A stretch of DNA of 64,000 nt from Kudoa neothunni (taxonomy: Eukaryota; Animalia; Cnidaria): the NCBI GenBank assembly GCA_964304625.1, contig OZ199838.1:4675354-4739353 (forward strand), written 5' to 3'. Both the position numbers and the translations under genes were made by a program. The notes beneath the pieces are model-generated. The model saw nothing but the letters and a program-made list of their open reading frames with translations, had not been told where the DNA came from and ran no database searches. Positions 1 through 14,484 of the stretch are shown in pieces. Within the stretch, counting starts at the first letter, position 1. The number at the start of each line of letters is the position of its first letter.

Positions 1-1603
1 AGCCACTGGCTCGAATCTTGCTAATTTGGATAAATCCTTACCTACCGATTCTATCGCTGTTGGTGCTGTTGAAGCTGATCCTAACAGCATGGAATTAAAA
101 GGTGATGAAGATATAACCGACGATAACATCACCGAACCCACAGATTCATCTATAGTTTCGTGGTAGATTGGATTTTCATTGTTTTTCTATCCGCTTTTAT
201 ATTATAATATCCAAGTGAGTATAAGAAACCGAAGTATTCCTATGCACAACTCATAATTCAAGCTATCCATTCTTTTCCCGGAGAACAAGCAACCCTATCC
301 CAGATCTACGAATATATCACAAAAACCTATCCTTATTATCAAATGAAGAATAAAGGATGGCAGGTAACCAATTATCAAAGCATTGATCACTATTTTTGTA
401 AAAACTTTTTCTATTATGGTAGAATTCTGTGAGACACAATCTCTCATTGAATTGTTATTTCATAAGAACTCCTGCCAGGTTACCGTCGCTAAATGAAGGC
501 GCTCCACCATCTAAAGGAGGTTTTTGGAAATTAAACCCGCTCTACTCGAAAAAACTTGTTGAAGAAAGTTTCAATTTGAGAAGAAATCGTAAACTGCCAC
601 CGTTGTATCTTCGAAAAAACGAGATTCCCTAGTATCTACTTGTTGAATCCAATGTGTTCTCTTCGAAATCTTTAAACACTTTCGTTTTTAGCTATTATTT
701 GAACGAGAATGAAAAGTTTAAATATCCAAATGAGTTTGCCAACTATCGCCACTATGATAGTAACCTAAGTAATTTATTTTTCTTGGCCAATGATGATTTT
801 TCCTCAATTATTTGAAATGTTTTGGTGTAGTTCCATCAACACGGAATAACCCTCATAGTATTGATAGTATTCTCAATCCTAAAAGTAAGTTTAATGATAA
901 CAACTCTTGTTGTTGTGATAATAAGATATCACAATCTGCTGTAGGTCACTGTCCGCAATCAAACGAACATCCTCCATTCTTGGACAACTATGGAAGGCCA
1001 TATGTGCTTCCAAATGTTACAACCCCGGTTAGACGGAAACAACAGCACTATTACGAGCACAATGAATTTGCCATACCAACACAAAATACAATACGTCCAC
1101 CGGATCATTTTCAACCTCAATTTCGGTTTTCTTTTCCGCATCCTAACATGAGGGAAATGACGATGCTACGACCTTCAGAATCCCCTCTTCCATATGTTTA
1201 TGGTCATCAAGAAACAAATCCACCAATTCCAAACCTACCAACACCTCTGCCCAACCTAGCTAACATTGATGTCGGGCGTATGGATATACAACCAAATGTT
1301 GATACGACATCGTATATGGCACAACATCCGTCTCTACTGGATGTCTATAACTATCATCAACCAAACACCCAAGACAATCCTAATGTTATTCAACATCAAC
1401 CACAACATCATTCCTATTTCAATCAGAATCGACAAAACCCAGCTCCTAATCCTGAATATAATAATCGCCTAAGTTTTCCTTCAAGTTGTTATTTGGATTT
1501 TTTATCAGCTATTTACTCTTACGTCGTTAATTTAGGACCTGAAGATATTCTTAAAATGAAAAGGTACTCCTACTTTAGGAGCAAACCAAATTCTACTCCC
1601 TAA
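1..1603 (+). CDS. FOXK: Forkhead-box transcription factor, FoxK-like (5' end outside window), multi-exon
   Basis: Proposed exons <1-162, 216-363, 423-631, 692-768 and 831-1603, with a possible 63-nt intron at about 1473-1535. Spliced domain reads KKPKYSYAQLIIQAIHSFPGEQATLSQIYEYITKTYPYYQMKNKGWQ^NSVRHNLSLNCYFIR...KGGFWKLNPLYSKKLVEESF. SYAQLI, YPYY, KGWQ and KLVE..F are FoxK-like, although KGGFW also resembles FoxJ1. Tail is rich in P/Q/N/H. Confidence 0.85.
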
Positions 1604-3774
1604 CCAAATTAATATACCTATTTTATTTAAATATGTTATAAAAATAATTGTATTTATTTGAATTATGCGAGGTTATCGTGTTGCTTTATTGTGGACCTCT
1701 CAACAAAGCCATTATTTTGGTTACAACAACTCTTGTTTTTTGTTTGATTCTGCACATTATTCTAATGAATGATCAACGTAGATTAATAAACTTAAAGAAT
1801 TTTCTTCTATTAACAACCCCTTGAGTTATCCTGACTAACCTTCAATGAACGTGAAGTTGAAAACCCCCCAAATTTGTTGTTACGTAATATTATATGCGCT
1901 TTACTGTTGTTAACAAACTGCATACTCATTATATTTCTTACGTTTCGAAACTTTTATGTACATACCTTAGAGTTGTATCTATTTTAGATGTACATTCCAG
2001 CTCGGACAGAATCTTTCCTTGTGTAAGGATGTTTTAAAACTTTTGTTGATGTAAAAATTAATAGTTCTGTCTTTTAAAACAAATTTAGGCCTTACTATTG
2101 CAATAAAGATGTTAACCATTCCTGTACTGTGTCCAAACTAATTACATGCCTTTAGACCTAAACTATTTGTCATACACCATGAAAATTCTATCCTCACCAG
2201 ATTTGAATTCCCAAAAAACTCAAGTAAATTGAATTATTCTGAGTATAATTTCTGATTAGATACAGATTTATCAATAGTTTTTAGTCCCCAATGATTGGCA
2301 AAGAGACATTATTATCTCCACGATATGTACGATTATGTGAATATACAACAAGACGAATATTTGAAAATTAATAATTTTAGATAATTAAATTTAACCTATT
2401 TAACAAATAAAATTAAAATAAGTTAGTTTTATTTATCAGAAAAGTCCCTATTATCATCATCATCATCGTCATCATCGGTGGTTGGATCCTCTCATTATAA
2501 TTGGATTATACACTCAGCAAGATTCACTTTATATTTTCAAGATAATTTTTTTGTTGACTAAACAAAAATGAACTGGAGGCCAATTCAAGGTTATGATGGT
2601 AATTTTTGACACTCAAACAGTTGTTCTTCCTATTATGCCGACACGATTCGTTGGCATTAAAATCTGAAGATGCTTTTATGTAACTGTGAGCACAAAGCTT
2701 TATTTGAGAGCAAAGACCTGACTCCAAATATAGCCAGATGCAAAAAGATGAAGAATACAAATTTTTACCATTGTTAACTATGTCTTCGGTCAAATCTTCA
2801 ATGGATTAAACATCGGAATTAGGAACTATGCTTAAGGCAATATTCAAATCATCATTGGAAAAATGCTCATTTATTTTTAACGATATCATTCATTATTCTT
2901 AATTCTTTGCTTTAGGTCTTCAAAATAAGATGTTTAAATCGTTAATAAAGCTAAATTAACTCATCCGCATTGCATCAAAAAAATCAAAAATACGCCAATT
3001 CATTTCTTTAATATATTATAGAATTAACCCTTGTAAAACACTGTTTCTACGAAAAATAATTAAACTATTTACCGGCCATTTATAGATAGAAAATTATGCT
3101 GAGTGAAAAAATATAGTATGGAAATAGTATTAGAGAAATAATAATACCTCAAAGTTGATGAATAAAATATTTATTTTATATATTAAACTCTGTTACGTTT
3201 ATACTAAAAAGTAGGGCTTTATAGGAGAATTATGAAGATCTAAATTCAAGGAGGAAAAATTTTTTATTTAAATGAAAAGCAACTATTTTAATGTGTGTAA
3301 GCATTCTACTCAGGGCAAAGAGGTTCAATTATTTTACATGCCTATAGAATTTATTTAATAGGTATCACAGTTTCCTCGGTCGTTAAATTTTTAAAATTTT
3401 TTTCGTGAAATCTATTTCCTGTCTCTTTACGTTAAAGTTAAACAATGTATCTGTTCTCCGTTTAATATAAAATAATTGAATGGTTCCAATTTATTATCTT
3501 TTTCCTGTAGGTAAATTTCTCTCTCTGAAAGCCACCAAGTTTAGTCATCAATTTTATATTTAGCGTCAATTTAAAAAAACGATGAAATTTATATGTTTTA
3601 GAGAGTTGGAATAAAGGCTCAGCTGAACAACTTTGGCACCCGTTGCGTGCGCAGTGATTGGGGGACTTCCATTGAATTATTATCAAAGAATGAATTTGTT
3701 ACTGAAAATTATCAGTGATTAACTTATTTAACTTTAGAGCCATATTTTTAGTTAACCAATTTTTGTGGATTTAT

Positions 3775-5342
3775 ATACAACCGAACCCCAATTATTCGAA
3801 AATGTTGCGACCTTGCATTTTCCTTTCGGATGCTGAAGTTTCGGTTAACCGATATTCCAGGGGTCACCAAAGTTTTTGACTGGAGGACCGCATTTTAGAT
3901 TTTCATAAGCTTCGAGGGCCTGATTAAAATTTATTTTGGAAACCAAACAATTATAAAAATTAAACAAAAACTGAATAAATATTCCAAAATTATGAATTTT
4001 TTCGAGTGTGAAACCTAGAATTGATTCATGTTCGATAAAAGTTTTTCCCTGTGTGTTACAAACAAATCAGGCAGGTTACGTCAGGATACAAAAAGAAATA
4101 AAATTTCCGTATAAGTCTAGTTTTTCTGTTATTTGATGTTTTTATATTGATTTTTTTGTGTATTTTGCATAAATGATAAAATTTTGCTACTTTTTTGTTA
4201 GCATAAGCACAACCTGATATTGTTTACCAGGCCGCTCTATTAACTCTACAGGCGTACCCTAAAGTAGGACGTACCGCATGCGCATCCGAGTATTAAGGGG
4301 GACACCGCGGACCGGATTGACTACGCCGGAGAGTCGTACTTTGGTGACCTCTGCGATATTTAGTGTATGCGCACATGCAAAAGAAATAGTTGGGGGTTGT
4401 TATATATTTATTTTTCACAATTCTACGTTTGTTTTGTATAAAAAAGAGTATTATATTTGAACTCCAATGACGAATAAAAAGTGAAAACATTACTTTATGA
4501 TACAGTATTTCGAGTTGAAACGTAGTCGGTGCATACATACCACTGAGATGTGAGATCAGAGTGCTACTGCGCTATATTGGAATGAGACTTTCTAGATTCC
4601 AGAAAATGAGTTATTAAAATATTAATTTCTTACCTATTAGGATATTTCGGATTGTACGAATAAGGGGGGGGGGGTAAGAATAATTAAAGTGCTAATGAAG
4701 AACAATTTCTTGGAGTTTTCGATAACGATCTTTATTATTTCCTCTTTATTTAAGATTATCTTATTCTAATAATTTACTATTAATTGGTGAAAATTACGGC
4801 TCGTCAAGGCTTTGAAAGGGGAGATGTTATGGAAAACAAAAAAAGTGCAATGACTGTTATTTAAGTGAACTCCATAAATAAACTATTCTTATGAAGTCGC
4901 TGGTAGTATATGGTTCAACAAACCCATAAATTTCACTATTTATTATATTGAATTACTCATGAAAATATAAAAGGTAATTTTTCTTTGCCTAACATTTATC
5001 TCATCATAATCAAAACTGGTCGCAATGTGAACTTAAGCTACTATATTATTTATGCCACTTTGTTCCTATTAATCAAATATAAACTTAAATTAAATAAATA
5101 ACTATCAAATGAATCATAAAAATAAAGTCACGCAATGTTTTAATCAGGCGTTAATCCAGATTTTATTCTACTGTTATTCTAAAATTCAAGTAATAAGTGG
5201 TTTCGGATTGCGGTTTCTGAAGTTTCGGTTAATCTAAATCTTTTTGTGCAGAATGTACAATAATTTCAAATAAATTTTAAAAAATTGTTCGGATAGCGCG
5301 ATTTTCGGATAAACAAAATTAGGATAACTGGGTTCAACTGTA
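3775..5342. mobile_element. Degenerate pogo/Tigger-like non-autonomous element containing other repeat fragments
   Basis: Imperfect terminal inverted repeats (TIRs) TA-CAACCGAACCCCAATTATTCG and GGATAACTGGGTTCAACTG-TA. A hAT-like CAGGGGTC end lies inside at about 3858. Confidence 0.4.
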
Positions 5343-6999
5343 CTTGAAAATTACTGTTGAAAATGTTAATTATATAGAGTATGCGCCTTATTTATCAGAA
5401 TTTTTATATCAAGTCCGATTTGTTGGATAAATGTTTATTCTTGATATGAAAACATTAATGAGAAACTCTTATATCGAAATATAACTCATGATTTACACCA
5501 TTTATAATACTACATCTTAAAAAATTATCAAATTTTTAATAATTACATCATTACTCAATAATCTCTATATTTATAAGAAAGTGGCTATTTGCATGATAAA
5601 TAATATTCAAATGGCACTAATGTCGACTATATTTCATTATTTCTGACCATTATGAATGAAAAAGTGGGCTAGAAATAATGAAATATGGAAGATTCTATAG
5701 ATATAAAATCTATATAGAATTCATGAGTAAGAGTTGCTGGGATTAAAAATCTTATTTCGCGCTCACGTGACATTTAAGATTAGAATTTTCAATGGTTGTT
5801 GCGACCAATATTTGTAGGGCACCAGCTATTAAGACGGAAATTTGCAGTCCCAAATAAAATAGAATCAGCGCATGCGCTAGGTGCTTTTATAGTCGCGGAA
5901 ACATCCCCTTTTTAATTGATGGATAAAGATTATTTTTTGGAACCCGCTGTATTTAATTATTATCAACATACCGCTTCGCTCTTCGGAGTCTGGAATTATT
6001 AAATACAACAAAAAATATACTCATCTAAATATTATGATCCGTTGCAATAGCCATTTTTTATAATTTATCGCAATAATACCCCATATCTGTTTTTAATATA
6101 CACGACAGATTTTTGAAATATCAATTTAAAAAATTAACATTAATTTATGTCGCTGAACTTTAGTAGGAGAGGTCCCAAATATCATCCTATACAAAGTGGA
6201 TTATTTACGAATTCAAACACATAAATACAGCCCGACGTGTACGTGTTCAATGAAGAAATGATACAGCCGGTATGAAGCTATCACAGAAATTTTTTCGGTG
6301 AAGTGAACTCCATTGTTTATTTGGTCAAATAGCAAGTCCCGCCGTAGCTGGATAGTTGTCCATTCTGTGTTGGAAATGGAATTATGTTGCACAGAAAAAT
6401 TTGTGTTGTACTAAGAGGTTATGTTAAAAAAATTTTTCGTTATTTAAGGGGAATTTTTTTACTTTAAAATTAAACATTAATGATATTCTTGAATTCTCTT
6501 ATTGCTGATTAACTGGAGTGAATTCTATTAAACTCTATAATATTAATGGTCATTAAAATGCTATTATTTCTAATTATGGTAAGCTTTTAATATGCTGTAT
6601 TTTTAATATTCAAGTAAAACCCTATATTTATGTGTAAAATTATCAATTTTATATTAATCCATATGATAACTCCGGATTAGAAAAGTAATGAATATCAATG
6701 TATAATAATCCACAATATACAAGAGGATTAAGTGGATCCTAAACCAAATCAGATTTATAATTTAGGTGCAAATACATATGAATAATTTATTTATTTGTTT
6801 GTTTATTTATTTATTTATTGAAAATTTAAATTAATGTCGAGTTGTACACTCCCAGACGGCTTTTCACGTAGTTACGAGTTTTAGATGATTAATAAGTTTA
6901 ACACCAACAAAATTTCTAGATAACGCTATAATAAAAAAGCGATGGACTTATTTTTCGAAAAATAGGTCCACAATAAACTTGAAGATGCACACGATACGT

Positions 7000-7577
7000 G
7001 TGAAATCGGGGAAGTAAGGATGCCAAATGGAGATTTCATTTAAGGATGACAAATTGGTACGCCAATGCATAAATAAGTGTTACGGTAAAGTCATCTCTAT
7101 AATAAATAACTCAAATTTCTCTTCTTCCAATCTGAAAATTAAAGTAAATAGTTCAAGTAAACAGGATTATGATTTAATTAATATATTTTTGCATAGGGAA
7201 TATTTCCCATTTATTATTGAAGAATTAAAACCCCTATAACTTTTTTAAAAATGGTCTGGAAGTATATTCTGACCATACGATTATTTATTGGAAAAAAGGA
7301 TTACGTTTTTTTACTCTCAAATTCTACTTATGAATTCCAAACCAATTGGAGTTGAAATCTAGCTTTATTGTTTATCTCACATAAAATAAGGCTACGGGGA
7401 AATAGTTTAAATTGATGAGAGCAATTGTGAAAAGCGTGAATACAACAGAGGATATGAAGTAATTGGTCAATGGGGTTTTGTGGGAATAGAAAGTGATTCC
7501 AACAACATGATCTTTGTTCCAGTACAAAAATAGAACCACAAAGTTTGGGTCTCATTAATCAAAGAATATATTTACTT
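7000..7577 (+). pseudogene. Merlin (IS1595/ISXO2-like) transposase fragment, truncated by a hAT insertion
   Basis: 7400-7495 reads IV*IDESNCEKREYNRGYEVIGQWGFVGIES, matching the Merlin VEIDES..KYxRG..GQWVFG motif. Confidence 0.7.
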
Positions 7578-9877
7578 CAGGGTTGCCAAACGAATTTTGT
7601 AAACCGTACCGAATTGTGTAATAAAAGCGTACCAAATAATTTAAAATTGTACAAAAATTAAAAAAAGTACCATTTTTTAGAAAGATGACAACAAAGAGAG
7701 TTTTAACAGCAAAAAAAATAATCAGACAGAAATAATAGTTAATAGGATCTATTTATATAAATTTCAATTCGTTATTACTGTCCTCCTCTTTGTATAGGTT
7801 TATATTTTCCATCATTTGAATCAATTGGTCAGGTGGATTCCACCTAATGCAATTGATGTCTCTCAGTAAACACTTGGAATGTAGGAGAGCATTTATTGTC
7901 TCAGCTTTCAGTAAAAACCATTTTTTAACTTTAATGTTGTTCATTAATGAAAACAATCTTTCCGCAGCTGCAGATGAATGAGGCAACGCAAGCAAAGACA
8001 ACATTAACTTTGACTGTAATAGAGACTTTAATGTTTCTCCTCTTCTTTCATTTGAGACTGCATACCAAAATTTTTCTTGCCATTTTCTAACAACATAGCC
8101 ATTATTTTCAAGGCTAAGTTTCCTCCACTCAATTTCTATTTTGGAATATTCACCTCTAGCAAGAATATTGAGAAATCTCTTTTAGAGGGGTATGATGGAG
8201 GGAGGTTTTCCTTCGTTGTCATTTGCAGGATCCATTGCTTCAAGTAATTTTAAATTTACCAGCGTATCGTTGGTCAAAAACCTTTTAAATATTTGTTTTG
8301 TCAATTGTACGTAGAAATCCAGAATTTTCGTTTGAAACTGAACAAGATCTTCAGTACCTATTTTAGTAGCCTTCTCATCGGAAATGGATCCTATTTTCGA
8401 TCCATAATAAAACTCATCCAAAGGAATATAATTCGACGAGTCTTTAATATTTATATTCTAGAAAGTTGTATTTTTTATCAGCTTTCTTCTCACAAAATAA
8501 CTAAGCATAACTTTAGAGATACTTTCACTCGAATTCCTTAGCTTATGAACTCCAATATTCTCAACCTAAAATTCAACGTTGAGTTTAGGAAGAGATACAA
8601 ATATTCTAGATAATGGTTCGGAATTGTTTTCTGATTTTTTAATTTTGAAAAACGTTGTAAGAACCGTCCATTTCTTCAATATTCTCTTAAAAGCCCGCTC
8701 AAGAGACAGCCATCCTGTGCTTTAGTTAGTTATAATATTTTCAAAAGTTGGATGCCGAATAATTTTTGCAATTCGTTGTATTCATTTTGACGTTATGAGC
8801 TATTTGAGAAATATGAGTAGATACTTCGCGCTAGGTCCTCTAACTCATTAGGACAATGTTGGCACGCTTTAAATGTACACAGGTTTAAAAAATGACACAC
8901 AACCCCTAATCTTTTTTAAGTGCTGGAATTATCTGCGTCAATAAAGTTTGCACATCATTTTTGTACCCATCATCATATTTGCATTATCACTCGCAAATCC
9001 GATTAGGTTTTTAAAGGGAATTTTGTGCTTATCAAAAAAACTAATAAAAGAGTCAAAAATTCCTTTAGCACTATCAGCTTTAATCTCCTACAAGGAAAGG
9101 AATCTATCAACAGGTTTCTGGCTATCAGACTCATAGTATCTAACTAATAGAACGAGTTGTTTGTACTTCGTTATATCGGTGGTTTTGTCAATAATAATCA
9201 GAGAGAACATTCGGACCTGTAATGTTGAAATTAATTTGTTTAGATAGTATTCTCTGATAATATGACGAAAAATTTTGGTACCCTTTGTTCGAGCACTCTT
9301 AAATCCCTGAACGATGACAGAATCTTCACAGACATTGGCAATAAAGCCGGGTAGATGATCCAGAATTGATTTGGGTAAATTATGTTCAGCAACAAACGCA
9401 CATAACTTCAATCCAGCAGCGGCTACTGCTTTGATATGTAAAGAAAAATTTGTTATTTTGAGATTCAAACTTGGAAATCCATTTTTCTGGCAATGTTTTT
9501 CTGTTTTAGTATGTCTCGATTTGCGAAATACTACCGCCAATTTCGCGATTTCGTAATTTGCAAAATTTCTTAGTCTTGTTTACAATATTAACGCCAATCC
9601 AAGCAGAAAATCTTTCATCAGTCAATCACTCTTTCTTGATTTACGATCATACGTTTTATATTGTTTTTCAGGCGGCATTTTGTCAATTTCGTTATCGATA
9701 TTACATCTTTTTGCACTTATCTAATTTTTTTTTCAATTAAAGGAAAAAGTGAGGCAAAATTATTATGATCCCATTAGTTCATTATGTAACATGCATTCAT
9801 ACCAATTCTAGCTGGAAATTCATTGACCTTAAAATGTACCAACTTGTGTCAACATCATACCAAAAATGCCAACACTC
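7578..9877 (-). mobile_element. hAT-superfamily transposon with decayed transposase
   Basis: One end is CAGGGTTGCCAA (7578); the other is a degenerate TGCCAACACT (about 9867-9876). ORF pieces 9088-9540 (FSLIIIDKTTDI...QLVLLVRY) and 7753-8004 (LPHSSAAAERLFS, hAT dimerisation motif) carry frameshifts and stops. Confidence 0.85.
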
Positions 9878-9902
9878 TTATCCTTCATCTACTATCTACT
9901 AT

Positions 9903-10932
9903 TAGGGGTTAAGATCGGTTCTGTTTTAGACAAAACCGAAAATCCAAAACTGATTTCGAAAATTTGTTTTGATTAATATAAATTAGCTTTTATTATTAAT
10001 TGATAGTCTTTAAACAAGTAAACGCGTCTTTGAAAGAGTAAAAGGACAAACAATATTGTTGAATGACGTGTTTTAACAGTCAACAAATTTTGTATTTAGC
10101 ATTACAGGAATTGTATCCAGTATTCGGAGCTATTTTGTTAGGCTTTCTAATAAAAGAGAAAAATCTAATAAATATGAGTTCATACTCACCAATACAATTG
10201 AGGATTTATCGCGTATTGACGGAACCATTTCAGAAATTTTAAAAATGAAATTTATCAAACGCTGCTTGGAACGACGCACCATTTGGTCCGATATATTTAT
10301 GTTCTCAAAATTCAATTCAAACATTATTATAAAGAATAATTTCTAAAAAATACTGTAAATTTGGAGCAAGAAGTCGCAGTTAATTTCATTGAGTTGAATG
10401 ATCCAATCCAAAACTATGAACCTTCCGAATCTGTGATAAATTTAGACAATTTGATAAATTGCAAATTTTTGACGTCACGGTGTGATGTCAGATCATTTAG
10501 AAAGAGTTTGTAAAACTCTTTCTAACATTAAACCTACGAGTATTGATTCGGACAGATGTTTTGCCTTATACAACCATGCTATTTCCCCGTTGAGAACAAA
10601 ATTGAGCGACTCGAAACTTGAAACCATTGAATGTGTTTACTTATGAAAATAGAAATAACTAATTTGAAATTTGAGACATGAAAATTTTTATTAAATGTTT
10701 GAAAACATTTTATCGTAAAAGATTTATAATCTTTTTTAAATGCAATAAAAAATAATTTAAAATTTTGTTTAAAAGAGCATATTAAAACAAAAAACGACCA
10801 AAATAAGATTCAATAAATTGTATTCTTCCATATTTTTTGTATGAAAAAAATTGACATTGATAATTGGAAAAATTATTTACAAACCCAAAAACCGTTTTCG
10901 AAATAACCGAAACCGAACCGTCTTAACCCATA
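9903..10932 (+). mobile_element. Internally deleted hAT element with 8-bp target-site duplication
   Basis: TIRs TAGGGGTTAAGATCGGTTC and GAACCGTCTTAACCCATA; target-site duplication (TSD) TCTACTAT/TCTACTAC. Residual C-terminal motif SNIKPTSIDSDRCF...PLRTKLSD at about 10520-10625. Confidence 0.8.
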
Positions 10933-10939
10933 TCTACTA

Positions 10940-11088
10940 CAGTCGAGATTGGATATTGCGTAATTTAAGATTTTCATTACGAAAATAATTACATTAGAAA
11001 TCAATTTTAAATAATTATTATTATTTCATTTAGAAAATTAGTAATTTCTGGGACCGCAAAAAAATTACGCAATATCCAATCTCGACTG
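10940..11088. mobile_element. 149-bp pogo/Tc1-type MITE
   Basis: Perfect 27-bp TIR CAGTCGAGATTGGATATTGCGTAATTT with TA on both flanks. Confidence 0.9.
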
Positions 11089-13793
11089 TAGTACAAAAAA
11101 CATATTAGGTTTGCAATATTCATCAAGTCTGCCACTAAAATATCAGGTAATGGTAAAGTATGCGCAACTAAAAACTCCCTCTTGCGCATATTTCATGAAT
11201 TTCTTTTTTTCACGATTGTCCATAATAAAATAATAAGAAGGGAAAATTTCAGCTTAAAATGGTAACTTTAAAATTTTGAGAACTTTTCATCCAATTGCGG
11301 TCGGATACATGTGTAGTCTCCATCTTTTTCCAACAAACATTGAATTGATCTCTAATTAATTTTGATAATCATTCATAAATTGGTTCTATTTCATATTTTT
11401 TACTATATAAATAAAAATTTTACAGTAGAAAATTTAATTACACAGGTTTTTATAGGTTTTAAGCATGAATAGTTTAAAAGCGAGAAGACAACCACTCGCT
11501 CTCAAAATGCATTTTCTTAATTTTGTTAGAACTAATTGGTTTTTTTAATGATTAATCAACATTATATTTTAGGACAACATTAAATTTCAACAGGGAAATA
11601 TCTTAAGATAGATTATAATAAGTTATCACGTTTTAGGAAGAATTTTTACATGTGTATTTAGTATAGCATTCGATTAACGTAAAAATGTAGTTATACAAAA
11701 ACATAAAAACGAAAAAATTGTTATTTCTGGAAAACTACTAGTTCTAATGAATTATATATGTACCGATAAGGATAATAACCTATATTAACATATTGTGTCG
11801 ACATCTTAAATATTCTCAATTCGTATATTTCGCCGAATTTGTTGTTGGGAAATTTTTTCATATAAAAAAACTTACAAAACAATAAAAATATAGTTTAAAA
11901 ATTGTTTAAAATGTTTTATACATACTTCAAGGTAAAAAAATTAATACAATCATTTTTAAATTCTAAGTTCCTGAATTTTAATAATAAAAACTGAATAATT
12001 TCTTACTACATTAATATCTATATTTGAAAGTACACAAAGTATTTTTATTATAATGAAAAATGAGATGTTTTTGTGAACTTTGCAAAAAGTTTATTTTTGG
12101 CGTTAGTTTATATAAAATTGTTATATATCAATCGTAAACAATTTAAATTGTAATAACAAATGATTTTTGAGATAATAACTAAGAAAGAAAAAAAATTAAA
12201 TGTTTGTTGAAAAAAGCGCATTAAAGTTTAGGCGGGGTCAAAGAATATTAATTTGAGTAATAAAAATCAGTTTTCTCCTGTTTTCATCTCTATTACTTTT
12301 TCTATTTTTTTATCCCTTAAAAAATTAGTGATGCACATATTTTCCGAGCCGGTGCAGAATTGGACTTAAAAAATCCCCCGAAGCAAAAAAATAACGTATT
12401 AGATTGCACTTTAAGAGAGTTTAAATAATTAGGGAACGAAACTAAATATGACAATGATCTTAAATTATTTGGCGTTTGTGCCGGGACAAGAAACTGTTAA
12501 TTAGAAACCAAGATTAATACATTTCTACACAGAAATGATCATGATCTATATTTCGAAATCATAATCGACAAAGTATGATGCTTAAAAAAATTTAGTTTGA
12601 CTGTTTCTATAAACCAATTTGAAACAATATTTTTTGAATGTTATAAAGAAACGTCTCTACGCAGAACCTTCCCCAAGCAACGCTGGGCAGTTCGCGCTAA
12701 TATCTTATAAAAATATGGCTAGCGAACAATTTAATTATCTGATAAAATATATTACCCATGGTTTGATGTGTTCATGAATGAAAAATACCAATCTAGCGCT
12801 AAATATTTGTTTTTCCGTGCTAAATTAACTAGTTATTCATGTAATGGATATCAAAACATTTGAGAAATTTAATATTTTACAGATCGATAATACGATCAGT
12901 TAGGTTCCTTTATTAAGTAAAATCAGTAAATTTTAGAGAAATAAAACTTTTTTTTGGATAACTACAAATTTAGGCGTAATCTCATTAGAATAAAAAAAAA
13001 TGTCAAAAACGATTGAAATTTAAAATATGGACGGACATGCGTGGAACAAGGTATCGGAATGAGTATCGGTAGCGACGAGTACTGAAATTTGATGTACTTG
13101 TACTCGTTTAAAAAAAAAGATATCGGTACAACCCTAATAAATACTCCTAAGAGTAATAATTTTTTTACACATATGGTGGTCTATACTAAATCGGATTTCT
13201 TAACTCTATGCCTTTAACCAATTATATATTATAGTTTAAAAATTCTTATTTGATCCCTCATCCAGAATGTTTTTTTCTGAGTGAATCCAAACTTATTTTA
13301 TATGAAGGAATTAATTCGACATTCTTCTTTTCGGAGTTTTCAAACCAGAAATATATACGAGATCAAAATCACGAAATATTAAAGAATTATCGGCTTTCAT
13401 TCGCAAATTTTTAAACAATGGAAAAATTATAATTTTTTATATCTAAATGATTTACAATGATATTATGGATGTAAATAATTAAATCAAAGGAAGTAGAAAA
13501 TTAAGGTTGTGGCTGAAAAGCTATATAAAATCAATAATACCTATTTTTTATAAAAAACTTCTTCATAAATTACTTTTTTTACTAATTTTTAATTTCAATT
13601 GCATAAAATAAACTTTCTTAATTTACATAAATAGATTTAACTCTGATAATTATATAAAAGGAGAAAAAGTAAAAATACTTAAAATGGGTTATTACGGAAA
13701 ATCGTTTACCTACTGTATATAACAGAAATCGCCAAACAAAAAAATAGACATGGACAAAATTTCTTCACAAATATTACAATCTAATACTAATTA

Positions 13794-14484
13794 TCAATTT
13801 TTGTGTAAAATGGGTTTATATTGAAAATCAATATTCATATCAGCAATTTTTTTAGCGAAAGCACTCGACTTGTTGTCTTTTCTAGACTTTGCACGTTGTG
13901 CGGACTTTTCAGTTTTCTAAAGACAAATTAGGTTCTCTTTCCCATTGTAAACAATATAACATACCACCAGACGCTCTTTTTGTTTGGCAATATTGGCTAG
14001 CCTCTTATTGGAAAATTTGCGTACGTTATAATAAACAGACCTACTAAGTTTGATCCCACTAAACAATTCTTTTCGCACTTTTGAGCAAGGTATAACATGA
14101 CATTTGATAATCTTATCAAACATCAAATAGTTGTTCATAGTTGATGCCGCTATCTCTGCAACTTCGGCTACTTTGAACTTCACAAATGCATATCCCTTAC
14201 ACATACCCGTCTAATTGACAAATATAAACATAAAAAACAACATTCCTAATTACCTTCCTATTTCTAACTACACGAACCTTCGTGACAGTGCCAAACTGAG
14301 AGAAATAGGATAACAATTCTTTTTCGTAGAAACCATGCGGTAAATGGCCAATATAGATCACATTCTATAGAAAAATCATACCTATACATAAAAAACATAG
14401 TAAATTTACAGAAGGCTTTTCGGACTCCATAAATGTAGTGGTTGATTCAACAGCAGATATTTTTACACCTTTGTTGACGCGCAT
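13794..14484 (-). CDS. NIFK: Nucleolar RRM protein NIFK/MKI67IP (Nop15 homolog), 4 exons
   Basis: Exons 14484-14410, 14364-14254, 14210-13965 and 13916-13794, with GT-AG introns of 45, 43 and 48 nt. Reads VIYIGHLPHGFYEKELLSYFSQFGTVTKVRVVRNRK^TGMCKGYAFVKF...AASTMNNYLMFDKIIKC...KKIADMNIDF. Confidence 0.92.

Noticed and set aside
2300-2890. Minus-strand near-open frame (ORF 2524-2793) next to an (ATC)n repeat
   Set aside because: It has an internal stop, no recognisable motif and no consistent exon chain.
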